Shown here: piece after piece, positions 48,880 through 59,147 of the stretch | How positions within the stretch are numbered: position 1 is the first letter of the stretch | How the letters are laid out: every line of letters starts with the position of its first letter | Assembly (NCBI GenBank): GCA_030681595.1 | Contig: JAUXSB010000009.1 | Coordinates: 24,265 to 88,264 of the forward strand | Direction of reading: 5' to 3' | DNA from: Candidatus Omnitrophota bacterium | GTDB lineage: Bacteria > Omnitrophota > Gorgyraeia > Ghiorseimicrobiales > Ghiorseimicrobiaceae | DNA length: 64,000 nucleotides | Translations under genes and position numbers: made by a program | The notes under the pieces: generated by a model | Database searches by the model: none | What the model saw: the letters and a program-made list of their open reading frames with translations, nothing else | Told to the model about the DNA's origin: nothing

Positions 48880-50181
48880 ATGTCATTTGTTTTTCGGGCT
48901 GTGCGCGGAACGAAAGATATTTTGCCTGATGAGGCAGAATATTTGCGCCATATTGAAGTTAAGGCGCGGGAGATTTCTTCTCTTTATGGATATAGAGAGG
49001 TTATTACTCCTGTGATAGAAAACCGCGATTTATTCGTCCGTTCCCTGGGAAAGGACACGGAGGTTATCGGAAAGCAGATGTTTATCATCGAGCGGGGAGA
49101 TGATATTATCGCCCTGCGTCCCGAAGCAACTGCCGGAGTAATCCGCGCTTATTTGGAAAATAATTTAAATAGCCGCAACTTGTTAGCCAAGTTTTATTAT
49201 TTCGGGCCGATGTTCAGGGCGGAACGTCCGCAAAAAGGGCGCCTGCGGCAGTTTCACCATCTGGGGGTTGAAGCAGTAGGTTCATCCAGCCCCTTGTTAG
49301 ATGTGGAAATTATTTCTTTGGCAGAGGTAATCTTAAAAAATATCGGCATAAGCGGTTTTAAAATAAAAATCAATACTTTGGGGTGTGTCGAAGATAAAAA
49401 AGCATTTGCTGAAAAGCTGCGCGTTATTTTAGGGGGGAAAATTTCTGATTTTTGCCAGGATTGCCGGGAAAGGTTTGATCGTAATGTCTTTCGGCTCCTT
49501 GACTGTAAAAACAGCTCCTGTAAAAATATTATCTTAGGCCTTAATATTAAGCGTACGGATTATCTTTGCGGGGAATGTTTAGAACATTTTGATACGGTTT
49601 TAGCTGGATTAAAGAATATAGGCGTAAACTATGAAGAGAGCGCGCATTTAGTGCGGGGCTTAGATTATTATACGCGCACGGTTTTTGAGATTACGCATTC
49701 AGAATTAGGCGCTCAGGATGCCGTAGGTGCCGGAGGGAGATACGATAATTTGGTGGAGGAGTTGGGCGGAGAGCCGACGGCTGCCATAGGTTTTGCTTTT
49801 GGAGTCGAGAGGCTGTTGTTAGTATCAAGTGCCAAGTGCCAAGTGCCAAGTAAAGATTTAGTTTTTTTGATTGCTTTAGGCAAGGGGGCGGAGGCAGCGA
49901 GCGTTAAGCTGTTGTATAGCCTGCGCCAAAACGGGATAAAGGCAGATACGCTTTATGAAGAGAAATCTCTTAAAGGGGCAATGCGTAGAGCTAATGATTT
50001 AGGCGCAAAATATGTTTTGATTTTAGGCGAAAACGAGTTAAAGAAAAACGTGGTAGTTTTTAAGGATATGGCTTCGGGGGAGCAAAGAGAGATAAAGACA
50101 GAAGAAGTAATAGCCGAACTTATGGCTTTGGCTATATTGAAAGCCAAACCATTGCCTTATCGGCTTAAAGGTCAAATATAG
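48880..50181 (+). CDS. hisS: histidine--tRNA ligase
   Basis: 433 aa class-II aaRS with a HisRS anticodon-binding C-terminus. Contains a (caagtgc)x3 tract (49827-49853) and a repeat-derived 3' end. Confidence 0.92.
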   Translation: MSFVFRAVRGTKDILPDEAEYLRHIEVKAREISSLYGYREVITPVIENRDLFVRSLGKDTEVIGKQMFIIERGDDIIALRPEATAGVIRAYLENNLNSRNLLAKFYYFGPMFRAERPQKGRLRQFHHLGVEAVGSSSPLLDVEIISLAEVILKNIGISGFKIKINTLGCVEDKKAFAEKLRVILGGKISDFCQDCRERFDRNVFRLLDCKNSSCKNIILGLNIKRTDYLCGECLEHFDTVLAGLKNIGVNYEESAHLVRGLDYYTRTVFEITHSELGAQDAVGAGGRYDNLVEELGGEPTAAIGFAFGVERLLLVSSAKCQVPSKDLVFLIALGKGAEAASVKLLYSLRQNGIKADTLYEEKSLKGAMRRANDLGAKYVLILGENELKKNVVVFKDMASGEQREIKTEEVIAELMALAILKAKPLPYRLKGQI

Positions 50182-50246
50182 CAGGTCGCACGTATCAGCT
50201 AAAAAACTTAATGTTTAGTCCTTAGTTTTTAATACTTAATATTCTG

Positions 50247-51623
50247 ATGTTACGTACACACACTTGTGGTGAGTTAACAATAAACGATGTTGGTAAAGAG
50301 ATAACGCTTTGCGGCTGGGTGCATGCCCGGCGCGACCACGGAAAGCTTGTGTTTATTGATATCCGTGATAGGTATGGATTGACTCAGGTGGTATTTTTGC
50401 CTAAGCATTATCCAGAGGCCTATAGTGTAGCGCAGAGTTTAAGGTCGGAATTTGTAATCAGGTTGACCGGGCAGGCCGGGCAGCGGCCTAAAGGAACAGA
50501 GAACCCTAAAATCGCTACCGGACAGGTGGAAGTAGCCGCAAAAACGTTGGAAATACTAAGCGTTTCTGAAACCCCGCCTTTTGAAATAAACGATGAGTTA
50601 GACCCTACGGAGGAAATGCGCCTTGCGTATCGTTATCTGGATTTACGACGGCCTAAGACAGCGGAAAAATTATTCCGGAGGCATAAAGCATGTAAGGTTA
50701 TCCGGGACTTTATGGATAAAGAAGGTTTTATTGATGTAGAGACACCTATCTTAACTAAATCTACTCCTGAGGGTGCCCGTGATTATCTGGTTCCTTCAAG
50801 GCTCAATCCGGGAAGCTTTTATGCTCTTCCCCAATCGCCGCAGTTGTTTAAGCAGATACTGATGGTTTCAGGTTTTGATAAGTATTACCAGATAGCCAAG
50901 TGTTTCCGCGATGAAGACTTAAGGGCCGATCGGCAACCGGAATTCACCCAATTGGATATTGAAATGTCATTTTTGTCTGAAGAAGATTTATTTTCCCTGA
51001 TAGAAAAATTACTGGTTGACCTATTTAAAGCCTTAAAAGGTACTGAGTTGAAAATTCCTTTCCCGCGCATGAGTTATAGCGAAGCAATGGAGAAATATAA
51101 AAGCGATAAGCCTGATATAAGAAAAACCCCGGATGAGTATGCTTTTCTCTGGGTGTTGGATTTTCCGCTTTTTAAATACAATAAAGAAGAGAAGAGATGG
51201 GAAAGTGAACATCATCCGTTTACTGCGCCTAACACCGAAGATATTGCTTATTTGGATTCTGATCTAAAACGGGTGCGTTCGCGCGCCTACGATTTAGTTT
51301 TAAACGGTACTGAATTAGGAAGCGGTTCAATAAGGATTCACGAGCGTCACCTGCAGGAGAAGATTTTTAATATTATCGGTCTGTCTGAAAGCCAGATTAG
51401 AGGGCGTTTTGGTTTTCTTTTGGAGGCTTTCAGGTTTGGGGTTCCTCCGCACGGAGGATTTGCTTTGGGCTTAGACAGATTTTTGGCTATACTTTGCGCT
51501 TGCGAAAGCATTAGGGAGGTGATTGCTTTTCCTAAGACGCAAAAAGCGGCGTGTTTATTGACTTCTGCTCCGTCGGAGGTAGATAAAAAACAACTAGATG
51601 AATTAGGGATAAAGATTAAATAA
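50247..51623 (+). CDS. aspS: aspartate--tRNA ligase, bacterial-type but lacking the GAD insertion domain
   Basis: 458 aa. The N-terminal OB domain and class-II motifs align with bacterial AspRS. The sequence runs straight from …SDKPDIRK to TPDEYAFLWVLDFPLF, where E. coli has a ~130 aa insertion. Confidence 0.88.
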   Translation: MLRTHTCGELTINDVGKEITLCGWVHARRDHGKLVFIDIRDRYGLTQVVFLPKHYPEAYSVAQSLRSEFVIRLTGQAGQRPKGTENPKIATGQVEVAAKTLEILSVSETPPFEINDELDPTEEMRLAYRYLDLRRPKTAEKLFRRHKACKVIRDFMDKEGFIDVETPILTKSTPEGARDYLVPSRLNPGSFYALPQSPQLFKQILMVSGFDKYYQIAKCFRDEDLRADRQPEFTQLDIEMSFLSEEDLFSLIEKLLVDLFKALKGTELKIPFPRMSYSEAMEKYKSDKPDIRKTPDEYAFLWVLDFPLFKYNKEEKRWESEHHPFTAPNTEDIAYLDSDLKRVRSRAYDLVLNGTELGSGSIRIHERHLQEKIFNIIGLSESQIRGRFGFLLEAFRFGVPPHGGFALGLDRFLAILCACESIREVIAFPKTQKAACLLTSAPSEVDKKQLDELGIKIK

Positions 51624-51670
51624 CTAAAAACGCACATAGGCTAGCTATGCGCTAAAATCAGGAGGGGGAT

Positions 51671-52198
51671 ATGCAGAAAATGAAATTAATCTACGCAGGG
51701 TTTTTACTAAGTTTATTTTGTTTTGCCCTGTCGGGTTGCGTAGCCAGGCACTATGCGGTAATAAAAGAAAGAGTGGACCAGGATTTAACGCAAGGCAACC
51801 GCGGTTATATCCAGGGAAGCGTTCCGCCGCAACAGGATGAAAGTCGTCCGAAGACTCGTAAGACACACACAGTAGAGATTGAAATGGCAAATCCTTTTAA
51901 AATTAAGAATCTTCCTCCGGTGGATGAAACCAAGAAAAAAGGGTCGGCTTTAGAATCAGGAGTAGTTTCCGCAGATGAGGGTATGCTATCAGGCGAAGAG
52001 AGCAATTTAGATATTTCGCAATCTGCTTTTGCGGTTGAAGAATATGTGGTTCAGAAAGGCGACACGTTGCAGAAAATTTCTTCTAAGTTTTATGGCACAA
52101 CTAAGAAATGGGCGAAAATTTATGACGCAAATAAAAATGTGCTTAAGAGCCCCGACCGTGTTTATCCGGGGCAAAAGATAAGTATCCCTAAAGAATAA
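51671..52198 (+). CDS. LysM-domain lipoprotein
   Basis: Lipobox LSGC at residues 20-23. C-terminal LysM (YVVQKGDTLQKIS…YPGQKISIP). Confidence 0.75.
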   Translation: MQKMKLIYAGFLLSLFCFALSGCVARHYAVIKERVDQDLTQGNRGYIQGSVPPQQDESRPKTRKTHTVEIEMANPFKIKNLPPVDETKKKGSALESGVVSADEGMLSGEESNLDISQSAFAVEEYVVQKGDTLQKISSKFYGTTKKWAKIYDANKNVLKSPDRVYPGQKISIPKE

Positions 52199-52202
52199 AA
52201 AA

Positions 52203-53153
52203 GTGAATAAACTGATAGCTATTGAAAATAATAACGAAGCACGCCTCTTATTCGGAGAGTTGGATGAAAATCTCCGGCTTATAGAGGCTCAGTTTAAAGT
52301 AAAGACTCATCTCAAGCAGGAAGGTTTGGAAATTGACGGGCAAGCGCAGGATATAGAGAAAGCCGCGCAATTATTACAGCATTGGCTTACGCTTATTCGG
52401 GATGGGGTGCAGCTGTCTAAAAAAGATGTGCTTTATGATATCCGTTCTATAAAAAACCGCGCTGGGATCGAGCCTACAGATATACACAGGGAGCGTATTG
52501 ATATTGAAGTTAAGGGCAAGCAGATCGGCCCGCGTACAAAAGGGCAGTTTGAATATGTTGCGGCGATAAAACGCCATGATATCGTGTTCGGCTTAGGCCC
52601 CGCTGGTACAGGAAAAACATACCTGGCAATGGCTATGGCGGTTGAGGCGTTAAAAAAGGGATATGTCCGTAGAATAATACTTACGCGCCCGGCGATTGAG
52701 GCGGGAGAATCGCTGGGGTATCTGCCGGGGGATATGTATGAAAAAATTAATCCTTACCTTCGCCCGTTATATGACGCTTTATACGATATGATGGAAGCCC
52801 CCAGAATAGAGGAATACAAAGAGTTAAACGTCATTGAGGTAGCCCCTTTGGCTTATATGCGCGGTAGGACTTTAAACGATGCGTTTATTATTTTAGATGA
52901 AGCTCAAAATTGTACTCCAGAACAGTTAAAAATGTTCCTTACGCGTTTGGGGTTTGATTCTAAGACGGTTATTACCGGTGACCTTACCCAGAGCGATCTG
53001 CCGGAAGGAAAGCCGGCAGGCTTATTACAGGCGCAGGAGCTGCTTTCCGGTATAGAAGGGATTAAATTTATATACCTATCCGGAGTCGATGTCGTCCGTC
53101 ATGAATTAGTCCAGCAAATAATAAAGGCTTATGAAAAAACTTCTCGTAGATAG
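52203..53153 (+). CDS. phoH: PhoH-like ATPase (YbeZ)
   Basis: Walker A GPAGTGKT. PhoH family, 316 aa. Confidence 0.9.
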   Translation: MNKLIAIENNNEARLLFGELDENLRLIEAQFKVKTHLKQEGLEIDGQAQDIEKAAQLLQHWLTLIRDGVQLSKKDVLYDIRSIKNRAGIEPTDIHRERIDIEVKGKQIGPRTKGQFEYVAAIKRHDIVFGLGPAGTGKTYLAMAMAVEALKKGYVRRIILTRPAIEAGESLGYLPGDMYEKINPYLRPLYDALYDMMEAPRIEEYKELNVIEVAPLAYMRGRTLNDAFIILDEAQNCTPEQLKMFLTRLGFDSKTVITGDLTQSDLPEGKPAGLLQAQELLSGIEGIKFIYLSGVDVVRHELVQQIIKAYEKTSRR

Positions 53154-54495
53154 CCTATTATTCTCTTTTTATCTTATAGGTTTGCTTTTTCTTTCTTATG
53201 CTGTCGGCATATCATACTTTCTTCCTGTAGTTATCCTAGTGATTTTTGTTTATCTGAAGTATTATTATCAAAAAAAAGCTAAACGTAAAACTTATAATTA
53301 CTTGGCGTTAGGATTGCTTTTGGCGATGGTTGTCGCCTCCAGCAAGGCTTTAGTTGATTATTCTAATCTTTCTGTGTATTTTATCCCGGTTTCGGCTGTC
53401 GCGATGCTGTGTACTATCCTTTTTAATGATATCGGGCTTACTTTTGTCTTGGCTTTAACGGCAAGTTTTTCCGCCGGGATAATCGCTCAAAACAGCTTAG
53501 GGCTTACCTGTGTACTTTTTATCGGTGGGATTTTTTCCGGGATTTTGGTTCTGAACTTACGGCGGCGTTCACAAATTATAAAGGCGGGAATTCTCTCCGG
53601 TGTTATTCAGGCCTTTAGCGCTGTTTTTCTGGAATTACCTTATTTTGAGCAAGTTTTTAAGGTTATTTGGCCAAATCTTTTAAGCTGTATTCTCTCGGGG
53701 GTATTTGTATCTGGTGCGCTTCCGGTATTTGAGTACTTGTTTAAAGTGGCGAGTAATATTAAGCTTCTTGAACTGTCGGATTTTAATCAGCCACTCCTTA
53801 AGAAAATGGTGCTTGAAGCACCCGGAACTTATCATCATAGCCTGGTTGTAGGGAATTTGTCCGAAGCCGCAGCTGAGGCAATAGGGGCTAATTCATTGCT
53901 TGCGCGCATAGGCGCCTATTACCATGATATCGGTAAGATTGATAAGGCGGAATACTTTATTGAAAATCAGCTTCAGGAAAGCTTGACTACTGCCCACCAG
54001 CAGATTAAGCCTTCTATAAGCAAAATGGTAATTATGAATCATGTTAAGGAAGGGATAGAGCTCGCAAAAAGGCATAAATTGAATCCTGCGATAGTCGATT
54101 TTGTTGCCCAGCATCACGGGACAAGTTTAGTGTTTTATTTTTACTGCCGCGCGCTAGAGAACGGGCATGCGGAAGATGAGATACGGGAGGAGGGCTTCCG
54201 TTATGGCGGCCCTAAACCACAGACCAAAGAAACCGCTATTGTTTTATTAGCAGATTCCGCGGAAGGGGCGGCGAGAGCTTTGACTGAACACACCCCGAAA
54301 AAGATACACGAATTAGTGCGTAAGATAATTAACAATAAATTTATAGACGGCCAACTCGATGAATGCGAATTAGCTCTGTCGGATTTGGAAAATATTGCAG
54401 CTATATTTACTAAAATATTATCGGCGGTATATCATGTGCGTATTACCTACCCCGAGAAAAACGGTGAGAATAGCGATAATAAATCAACAGCGTAA
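53131..54495 (+). CDS. membrane-anchored HD hydrolase (7TMR-HD / YqfF-like, short form)
   Basis: Multiple TM helices in the N-terminal half, then HD…AYYHDIGK. Position between phoH and ybeY as in Bacillus. Confidence 0.78.
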   Translation: MKKLLVDSLLFSFYLIGLLFLSYAVGISYFLPVVILVIFVYLKYYYQKKAKRKTYNYLALGLLLAMVVASSKALVDYSNLSVYFIPVSAVAMLCTILFNDIGLTFVLALTASFSAGIIAQNSLGLTCVLFIGGIFSGILVLNLRRRSQIIKAGILSGVIQAFSAVFLELPYFEQVFKVIWPNLLSCILSGVFVSGALPVFEYLFKVASNIKLLELSDFNQPLLKKMVLEAPGTYHHSLVVGNLSEAAAEAIGANSLLARIGAYYHDIGKIDKAEYFIENQLQESLTTAHQQIKPSISKMVIMNHVKEGIELAKRHKLNPAIVDFVAQHHGTSLVFYFYCRALENGHAEDEIREEGFRYGGPKPQTKETAIVLLADSAEGAARALTEHTPKKIHELVRKIINNKFIDGQLDECELALSDLENIAAIFTKILSAVYHVRITYPEKNGENSDNKSTA

Positions 54496-54901
54496 AGTAG
54501 CCGTTAATCAGAAAAAAATAAGAGACGTTATAAAACTGATTTTGTATAAAGAGCACTCTAGTGCAGGAGATATTTCGGTTACAGTCACTACCGATAATAA
54601 AATCCGAAAATTTAACCGCGCATACCTGAATAAAGATTTGCCCACCGATGTATTATCGTTTAGTTTCTTAGGTAAAAAGCCAGAAAAAATAATTCCGGTT
54701 TCCATATTAGGCGATATCATAGTTTCGGCTGATACGGCAGTTTCTAATGCGGTAATTTATAAAACTACTCCAAAAGAAGAGCTTTATTTATATGTTATAC
54801 ATGGCCTGCTGCATTTATTAGGCTACAATGATATTACGCCGGGCAAGCGTGCGGTGATGAAAAAGAAAGAGCTGCATTATCTTCGAAGGATTAAATTTTA
54901 G
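54434..54901 (+). CDS. ybeY: rRNA maturation endoribonuclease YbeY. Start uncertain.
   Basis: HGLLHLLGYND metal-binding motif and TDVLSFSF. The ORF track starts at 54395 and overlaps the upstream gene. The internal Met at 54434 or a GTG near 54464 is more likely. Confidence 0.82.
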   Translation: MCVLPTPRKTVRIAIINQQRKVAVNQKKIRDVIKLILYKEHSSAGDISVTVTTDNKIRKFNRAYLNKDLPTDVLSFSFLGKKPEKIIPVSILGDIIVSADTAVSNAVIYKTTPKEELYLYVIHGLLHLLGYNDITPGKRAVMKKKELHYLRRIKF

Positions 54902-54968
54902 CGGTTAGTGTTTAGCGGATAGAACCGGCATTTTCTACACGCTATACGCTATACGCTGTACGCTAACG

Positions 54969-55703
54969 ATGGCTATCTGTAAAACCGAAGCAATAGTTAT
55001 TAGGACATTTGATTTCCGCGAAACTAGCATTATTGCGGAGTTTTTTACGCGGGATTTTGGCCGGCTTAAAGGGATTCTAAAGGGGATAAGGAAAGACCGT
55101 AAAAAATTCGCATCAACCCTAGAGCCGTTTTCGCTTAATGAGATTATATTTTATCAAAGCCGCAACAGCGAATTACACCTGGTGTCCGGCTGCGATTTAG
55201 AAGATGGTTTTTTAAATGTACGTTCCGACCTTAAAAAGATACACCTGGCCAGCTTTCTGATGGAATTGGTTTCCGCGCTTTTTGCCCCGGAAGATAAAAA
55301 CGAAGAAGCTTTTGAAGTTATTTTATCCTCTTTAGAAGATTTATCCAGCGTTAATGACCCGGAAAAGATTATCAGTATTGCCCAAATAAAATTGCTGCGC
55401 CTTTCCGGGTTTAAGCCTCATTTTGATTCCTGTGTTTTATGCAATAATGATATTTCAGGAGAAGCAAAATTCAGTTCTAAGTTCGGAGGCCTGCTTTGTC
55501 CGAAATGCGCTTATCGTGATTCTCAAATACACCCGGTGCTAAGAGGGACAATCGCGTCAATTAAGCATATTGAAAGGTCCGGTTGGTCTGATACCTTAAG
55601 GTTAAATTTAGCCCATCCGATAAAAGCAGAACTGAAGAATATGCTGGATAAGTTTTTAATGTTTCATTTAGAAAAAAGATTAAAAACTGCGAGGTTTTTA
55701 TGA
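54969..55703 (+). CDS. recO: DNA repair protein RecO
   Basis: 244 aa. OB fold plus a Cys4 zinc motif (CVLCN…CPKC). Confidence 0.85.
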   Translation: MAICKTEAIVIRTFDFRETSIIAEFFTRDFGRLKGILKGIRKDRKKFASTLEPFSLNEIIFYQSRNSELHLVSGCDLEDGFLNVRSDLKKIHLASFLMELVSALFAPEDKNEEAFEVILSSLEDLSSVNDPEKIISIAQIKLLRLSGFKPHFDSCVLCNNDISGEAKFSSKFGGLLCPKCAYRDSQIHPVLRGTIASIKHIERSGWSDTLRLNLAHPIKAELKNMLDKFLMFHLEKRLKTARFL

Positions 55704-56629
55704 AAATTATTATCGTTGGCCCGGGGGCAATGGGGTGTTTGCTGGCAGCATTTTTATCTAAAGCAAAACAAGAAGTTTGGCTTTTGGATAAAAATAAAGG
55801 GCGCGCGGAGTATATATCAAAAAACGGCATAAAGATTGAAGGTATTTCTGGCAACTGGAAGGCACAGGTTTCTGCAACTGATGATGCAAGCGAAATAAAA
55901 TCAGCAGATATCGTAATTATTTGTACTAAGTCTTATGATACCAAGGAAGCGATAAAATCTGTAGCGGGGATTATTAAGGAAGGCGCATTAGCTTTAACCC
56001 TGCAAAATGGCGTAGGAAATGTAGAAATTCTTACTGAGGCAGTAGGAGAAGAAAAAGTTATCGCAGGTGTAAGCAATCTGGGTGCGACTTTATTGGGGGA
56101 TGGGCAGGTGCGTCATGCCGGTAAGGGCGAGACCGTTATCGGAATGAGCCACGGAAAAATTCCTGTTGTGATGCGCGATATCAGAGAGGTATTTAATAAG
56201 GCCGGCCTTGAGATACGTATCTCCAAGGATATAGATAGCCTTATCTGGTCAAAACTGATTATCAATGTCGGGATAAATGCGCTTACCGCAATTACGCGGC
56301 TTAATAATGGGCGCCTCATTGAATTTGAAGGCACACGTGAAATTTTAAAAAATGCGGTAACCGAGGCGGTTAAGGTTGTGAAAAGGAAACGCATAAAGCT
56401 TATTTACGATGATCCTCTGTCAAAGGTAGAGTCAGTCTGTGAGGCAACCGCTACTAATGTTTCCTCAATGTTACAAGATGTTTTACGCCAAAAACGCACC
56501 GAGATAGATTTTATTAACGGAGTAATTGTGCGTCAGGGGAAATCTTTGGGAATTCAGACACCGGTAAATGAAATACTGGTACATTTAGTTAAAACCATAG
56601 AGGCAAGTTATAATCTGAAGGTTAAATGA
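55700..56629 (+). CDS. panE: 2-dehydropantoate 2-reductase
   Basis: N-terminal Rossmann IVGPGAMG. ApbA/PanE family, 309 aa. Confidence 0.85.
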   Translation: MKIIIVGPGAMGCLLAAFLSKAKQEVWLLDKNKGRAEYISKNGIKIEGISGNWKAQVSATDDASEIKSADIVIICTKSYDTKEAIKSVAGIIKEGALALTLQNGVGNVEILTEAVGEEKVIAGVSNLGATLLGDGQVRHAGKGETVIGMSHGKIPVVMRDIREVFNKAGLEIRISKDIDSLIWSKLIINVGINALTAITRLNNGRLIEFEGTREILKNAVTEAVKVVKRKRIKLIYDDPLSKVESVCEATATNVSSMLQDVLRQKRTEIDFINGVIVRQGKSLGIQTPVNEILVHLVKTIEASYNLKVK

Positions 56630-56643
56630 GGAGGTAATCGAGT

Positions 56644-57060
56644 ATGAACAGAGTAAAATATTTAATCGTGCCAGCTATCTCGTTGTTTCTTGCTGTATCT
56701 TTTAACTATGCCGATGTAATTGGTAAAACAGACACAGGAATACAAGCAGTTGCTGAGCCAATTTTAGATGGAATTCTTAGCGGCTTGGCAACAACTAACT
56801 ATGAGAAATACACAAAAGACTTTGATGTTATGTTAAAAGAAATGGTTTCTGAAGCAAAATTTGGCGAAATGAGCCGGCAGATTAACGGCTCTATTGGTAA
56901 ACAACAGTCAAGAAAATACCTCTGCTTTTTGAACAAAGAAGGCATGACCGTAGTTTTATGGAAGGCAAAATTTGATAACACTAATGATGATGTTTTAATT
57001 AAGCTTGTAATATCCAAAAAAGAAGATGAATGTTTTGTTTCTGGGATATGGTTCCAATAA
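56644..57060 (+). CDS. hypothetical secreted protein (signal peptide)
   Basis: 138 aa with a hydrophobic N-terminus. No family recognised. Confidence 0.45.
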   Translation: MNRVKYLIVPAISLFLAVSFNYADVIGKTDTGIQAVAEPILDGILSGLATTNYEKYTKDFDVMLKEMVSEAKFGEMSRQINGSIGKQQSRKYLCFLNKEGMTVVLWKAKFDNTNDDVLIKLVISKKEDECFVSGIWFQ

Positions 57061-57143
57061 GATAGGGATATAGGTTGAGGGTGGGGTAGGGCTAAAATTG
57101 CCAAGCTTGCCAATTTTTTGCTCAGGTGACGATTTTTAACGCA

Positions 57144-57273
57144 AAAAGCTCTTTTATAATTTTGGCGGCTGCGAAACTCGCTCGTCGGGGCTTACGCCCG
57201 CGGGACGAGCTCAGACATTCTCGCCGCCCAAATGTTTCCACGTTTGGGTTCCCAAAATTGTAAAAGCTCTTTT
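57144..57273. repeat. ~130-bp nested imperfect palindrome (GC-rich core gctcgtcgggg…cccgcgggacgagc, arms tttggcggc/gccgcccaaa, AT-rich outer arms)
   Basis: Read directly. Lies within a 380-bp non-coding gap before polX. Confidence 0.65.
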
Positions 57274-57440
57274 GCTAAATCGTCAATTCGCAAAAATTGT
57301 CAGTCTTGTCAATTCCTCGATGATTAAGATAAGGTGCAAATTCGCTCCGCCAACACAACAATATTCTCCATATGCAGGATTACAAGCCTTGCCATTCATA
57401 TTCATTCATTAATGGCTTTTGGCTGGTTTATTGATTAATT

Positions 57441-59147
57441 ATGTTAAACAAGCAAATTGCAGAAATTTTTAGGAAGACCGCGCAAATTCTGGAAATAAAA
57501 GGCGATAACCCTTTTAAAATCCGCGCCTATCAGCGCGCCGCCGATAGTTTAGAGAATGTTAACGAAGATTTAGAAGATATTGAGCGCCAGGGCCGCCTTT
57601 GCCAAATCCCCGGCATAGGCCATGATTTAGCGCAGATGATTAGCGAATTTATCGGCTATGGCGCGATTAAGTCCTATGACGAACTAAAGCAAACTATTCC
57701 AGAGGGGTTACTCGAACTTTTATCCATTCCCGGGGTCGGCCCGAAAACCGCCAAACTGCTTTATGATCAATTAAAGATTTCAGATATTCAGACGTTAGAA
57801 AAATACGCCAAAGAAGGCAGGCTGCAGGCACTTCCGGGATTTAAGGTAAAGCATGAAGAAAATATCCTACGCGGGATAGAGCTGGTTAAGAAGGGGATGG
57901 AACGGATGGACTTAGGCACTGCCTATCGTAGCGCGCAGAAATTTGTCGGTATCTTAAACAAACATCCTGCGGTAAAACGGATAGAAGCAGGCGGAAGTTT
58001 ACGCCGGATGAAAGAGACAGTGCGCGATATTGATATTTTAGTTGCTTCAAATAAACCCAGAGAAATAATGGATGATTTTGTAAAAATTAAGGAAGTAAAA
58101 AGCGTTTTAGGCCAAGGCCCGACCAAATCTTCAGTGGTGACTAAAGAGGGGGTGCAGGTTGATTTACGCGTTGTGGATGAAAAAAGTTTTGGCTCAGCCC
58201 TAATGTACTTTACCGGCTCAAAGGCGCATAATATACGTTTAAGGCAAGTAGCAATTAAAAAGGGTTTAAAATTAAGTGAATACGGTGTATTCAAAAAAGA
58301 AAAAAATATCGCCGCCGGCTTTTCTGAAAAAGAAATTTATAGATTACTGGGCATGCCTTATATTGAGCCGGAATTAAGGGAAGATTCCGGAGAAATAGAG
58401 GCGGCAGCCAAGCAAAAATTACCGGATTTGATAAAATTAGAAGATATTAAGGGCGACTTGCATATGCATTCGACCTATTCCGACGGTAATTATTCTATGG
58501 AAGATATGGCGCTGGCGGCAGAGAAAAAAGGTTATGAATATATAGCATTTACCGACCATTCCATATCGCTTAAAGTAGCAAACGGGTTAGATTTGCACGC
58601 ACTTGCGAAAAAACGCGCGGAAATCGAGAAATTAAACAAGGAACTAAAAATTAAAATTTTATTCGGTACAGAGGTGGAATTGGATGCCGACGGCAAGACC
58701 GATTACTCCGATAAAGTGCTTTCTGAATTTGATATTGTAATCGGTGCAATTCATTCGGGATTCCGGCAGTCAAAACAAAGAGTCACCAAGCGTTTGATCA
58801 AGGCCTGCCTTAATAGGCATATTGATATGATCGCTCATCCGACAGGCCGGCTATGGACGGTACGCGAGGCATACGAGGTGGATTTTACGGCATTTTTTAA
58901 GGCGGCAGGCGACACCGGGACATTCCTGGAAATAAGCTCATTCCCTACGCGCCTGGACTTAAATGATGTCAATGCCCGCCGGGCAAAGGAGGCTGGGGTG
59001 GGGCTTGCGATTTCCACGGATTCGCATCATATTGAGCAGTTGGATTATGTAAAGTTCGGCGTAGCTACCGCGCGCCGCGCCTGGCTTACTAAAAAAGATG
59101 TAGTAAATACGTTGTCGTTAAAAGAATTGATGAAGGTGAAGAAGTGA
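57441..59147 (+). CDS. DNA polymerase X family with a C-terminal PHP phosphoesterase domain
   Basis: Pol beta-like HhH, fingers/palm (GSLRRMKETVRDIDILV) and a PHP domain (HMHSTYSDG). Confidence 0.88.
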   Translation: MLNKQIAEIFRKTAQILEIKGDNPFKIRAYQRAADSLENVNEDLEDIERQGRLCQIPGIGHDLAQMISEFIGYGAIKSYDELKQTIPEGLLELLSIPGVGPKTAKLLYDQLKISDIQTLEKYAKEGRLQALPGFKVKHEENILRGIELVKKGMERMDLGTAYRSAQKFVGILNKHPAVKRIEAGGSLRRMKETVRDIDILVASNKPREIMDDFVKIKEVKSVLGQGPTKSSVVTKEGVQVDLRVVDEKSFGSALMYFTGSKAHNIRLRQVAIKKGLKLSEYGVFKKEKNIAAGFSEKEIYRLLGMPYIEPELREDSGEIEAAAKQKLPDLIKLEDIKGDLHMHSTYSDGNYSMEDMALAAEKKGYEYIAFTDHSISLKVANGLDLHALAKKRAEIEKLNKELKIKILFGTEVELDADGKTDYSDKVLSEFDIVIGAIHSGFRQSKQRVTKRLIKACLNRHIDMIAHPTGRLWTVREAYEVDFTAFFKAAGDTGTFLEISSFPTRLDLNDVNARRAKEAGVGLAISTDSHHIEQLDYVKFGVATARRAWLTKKDVVNTLSLKELMKVKK

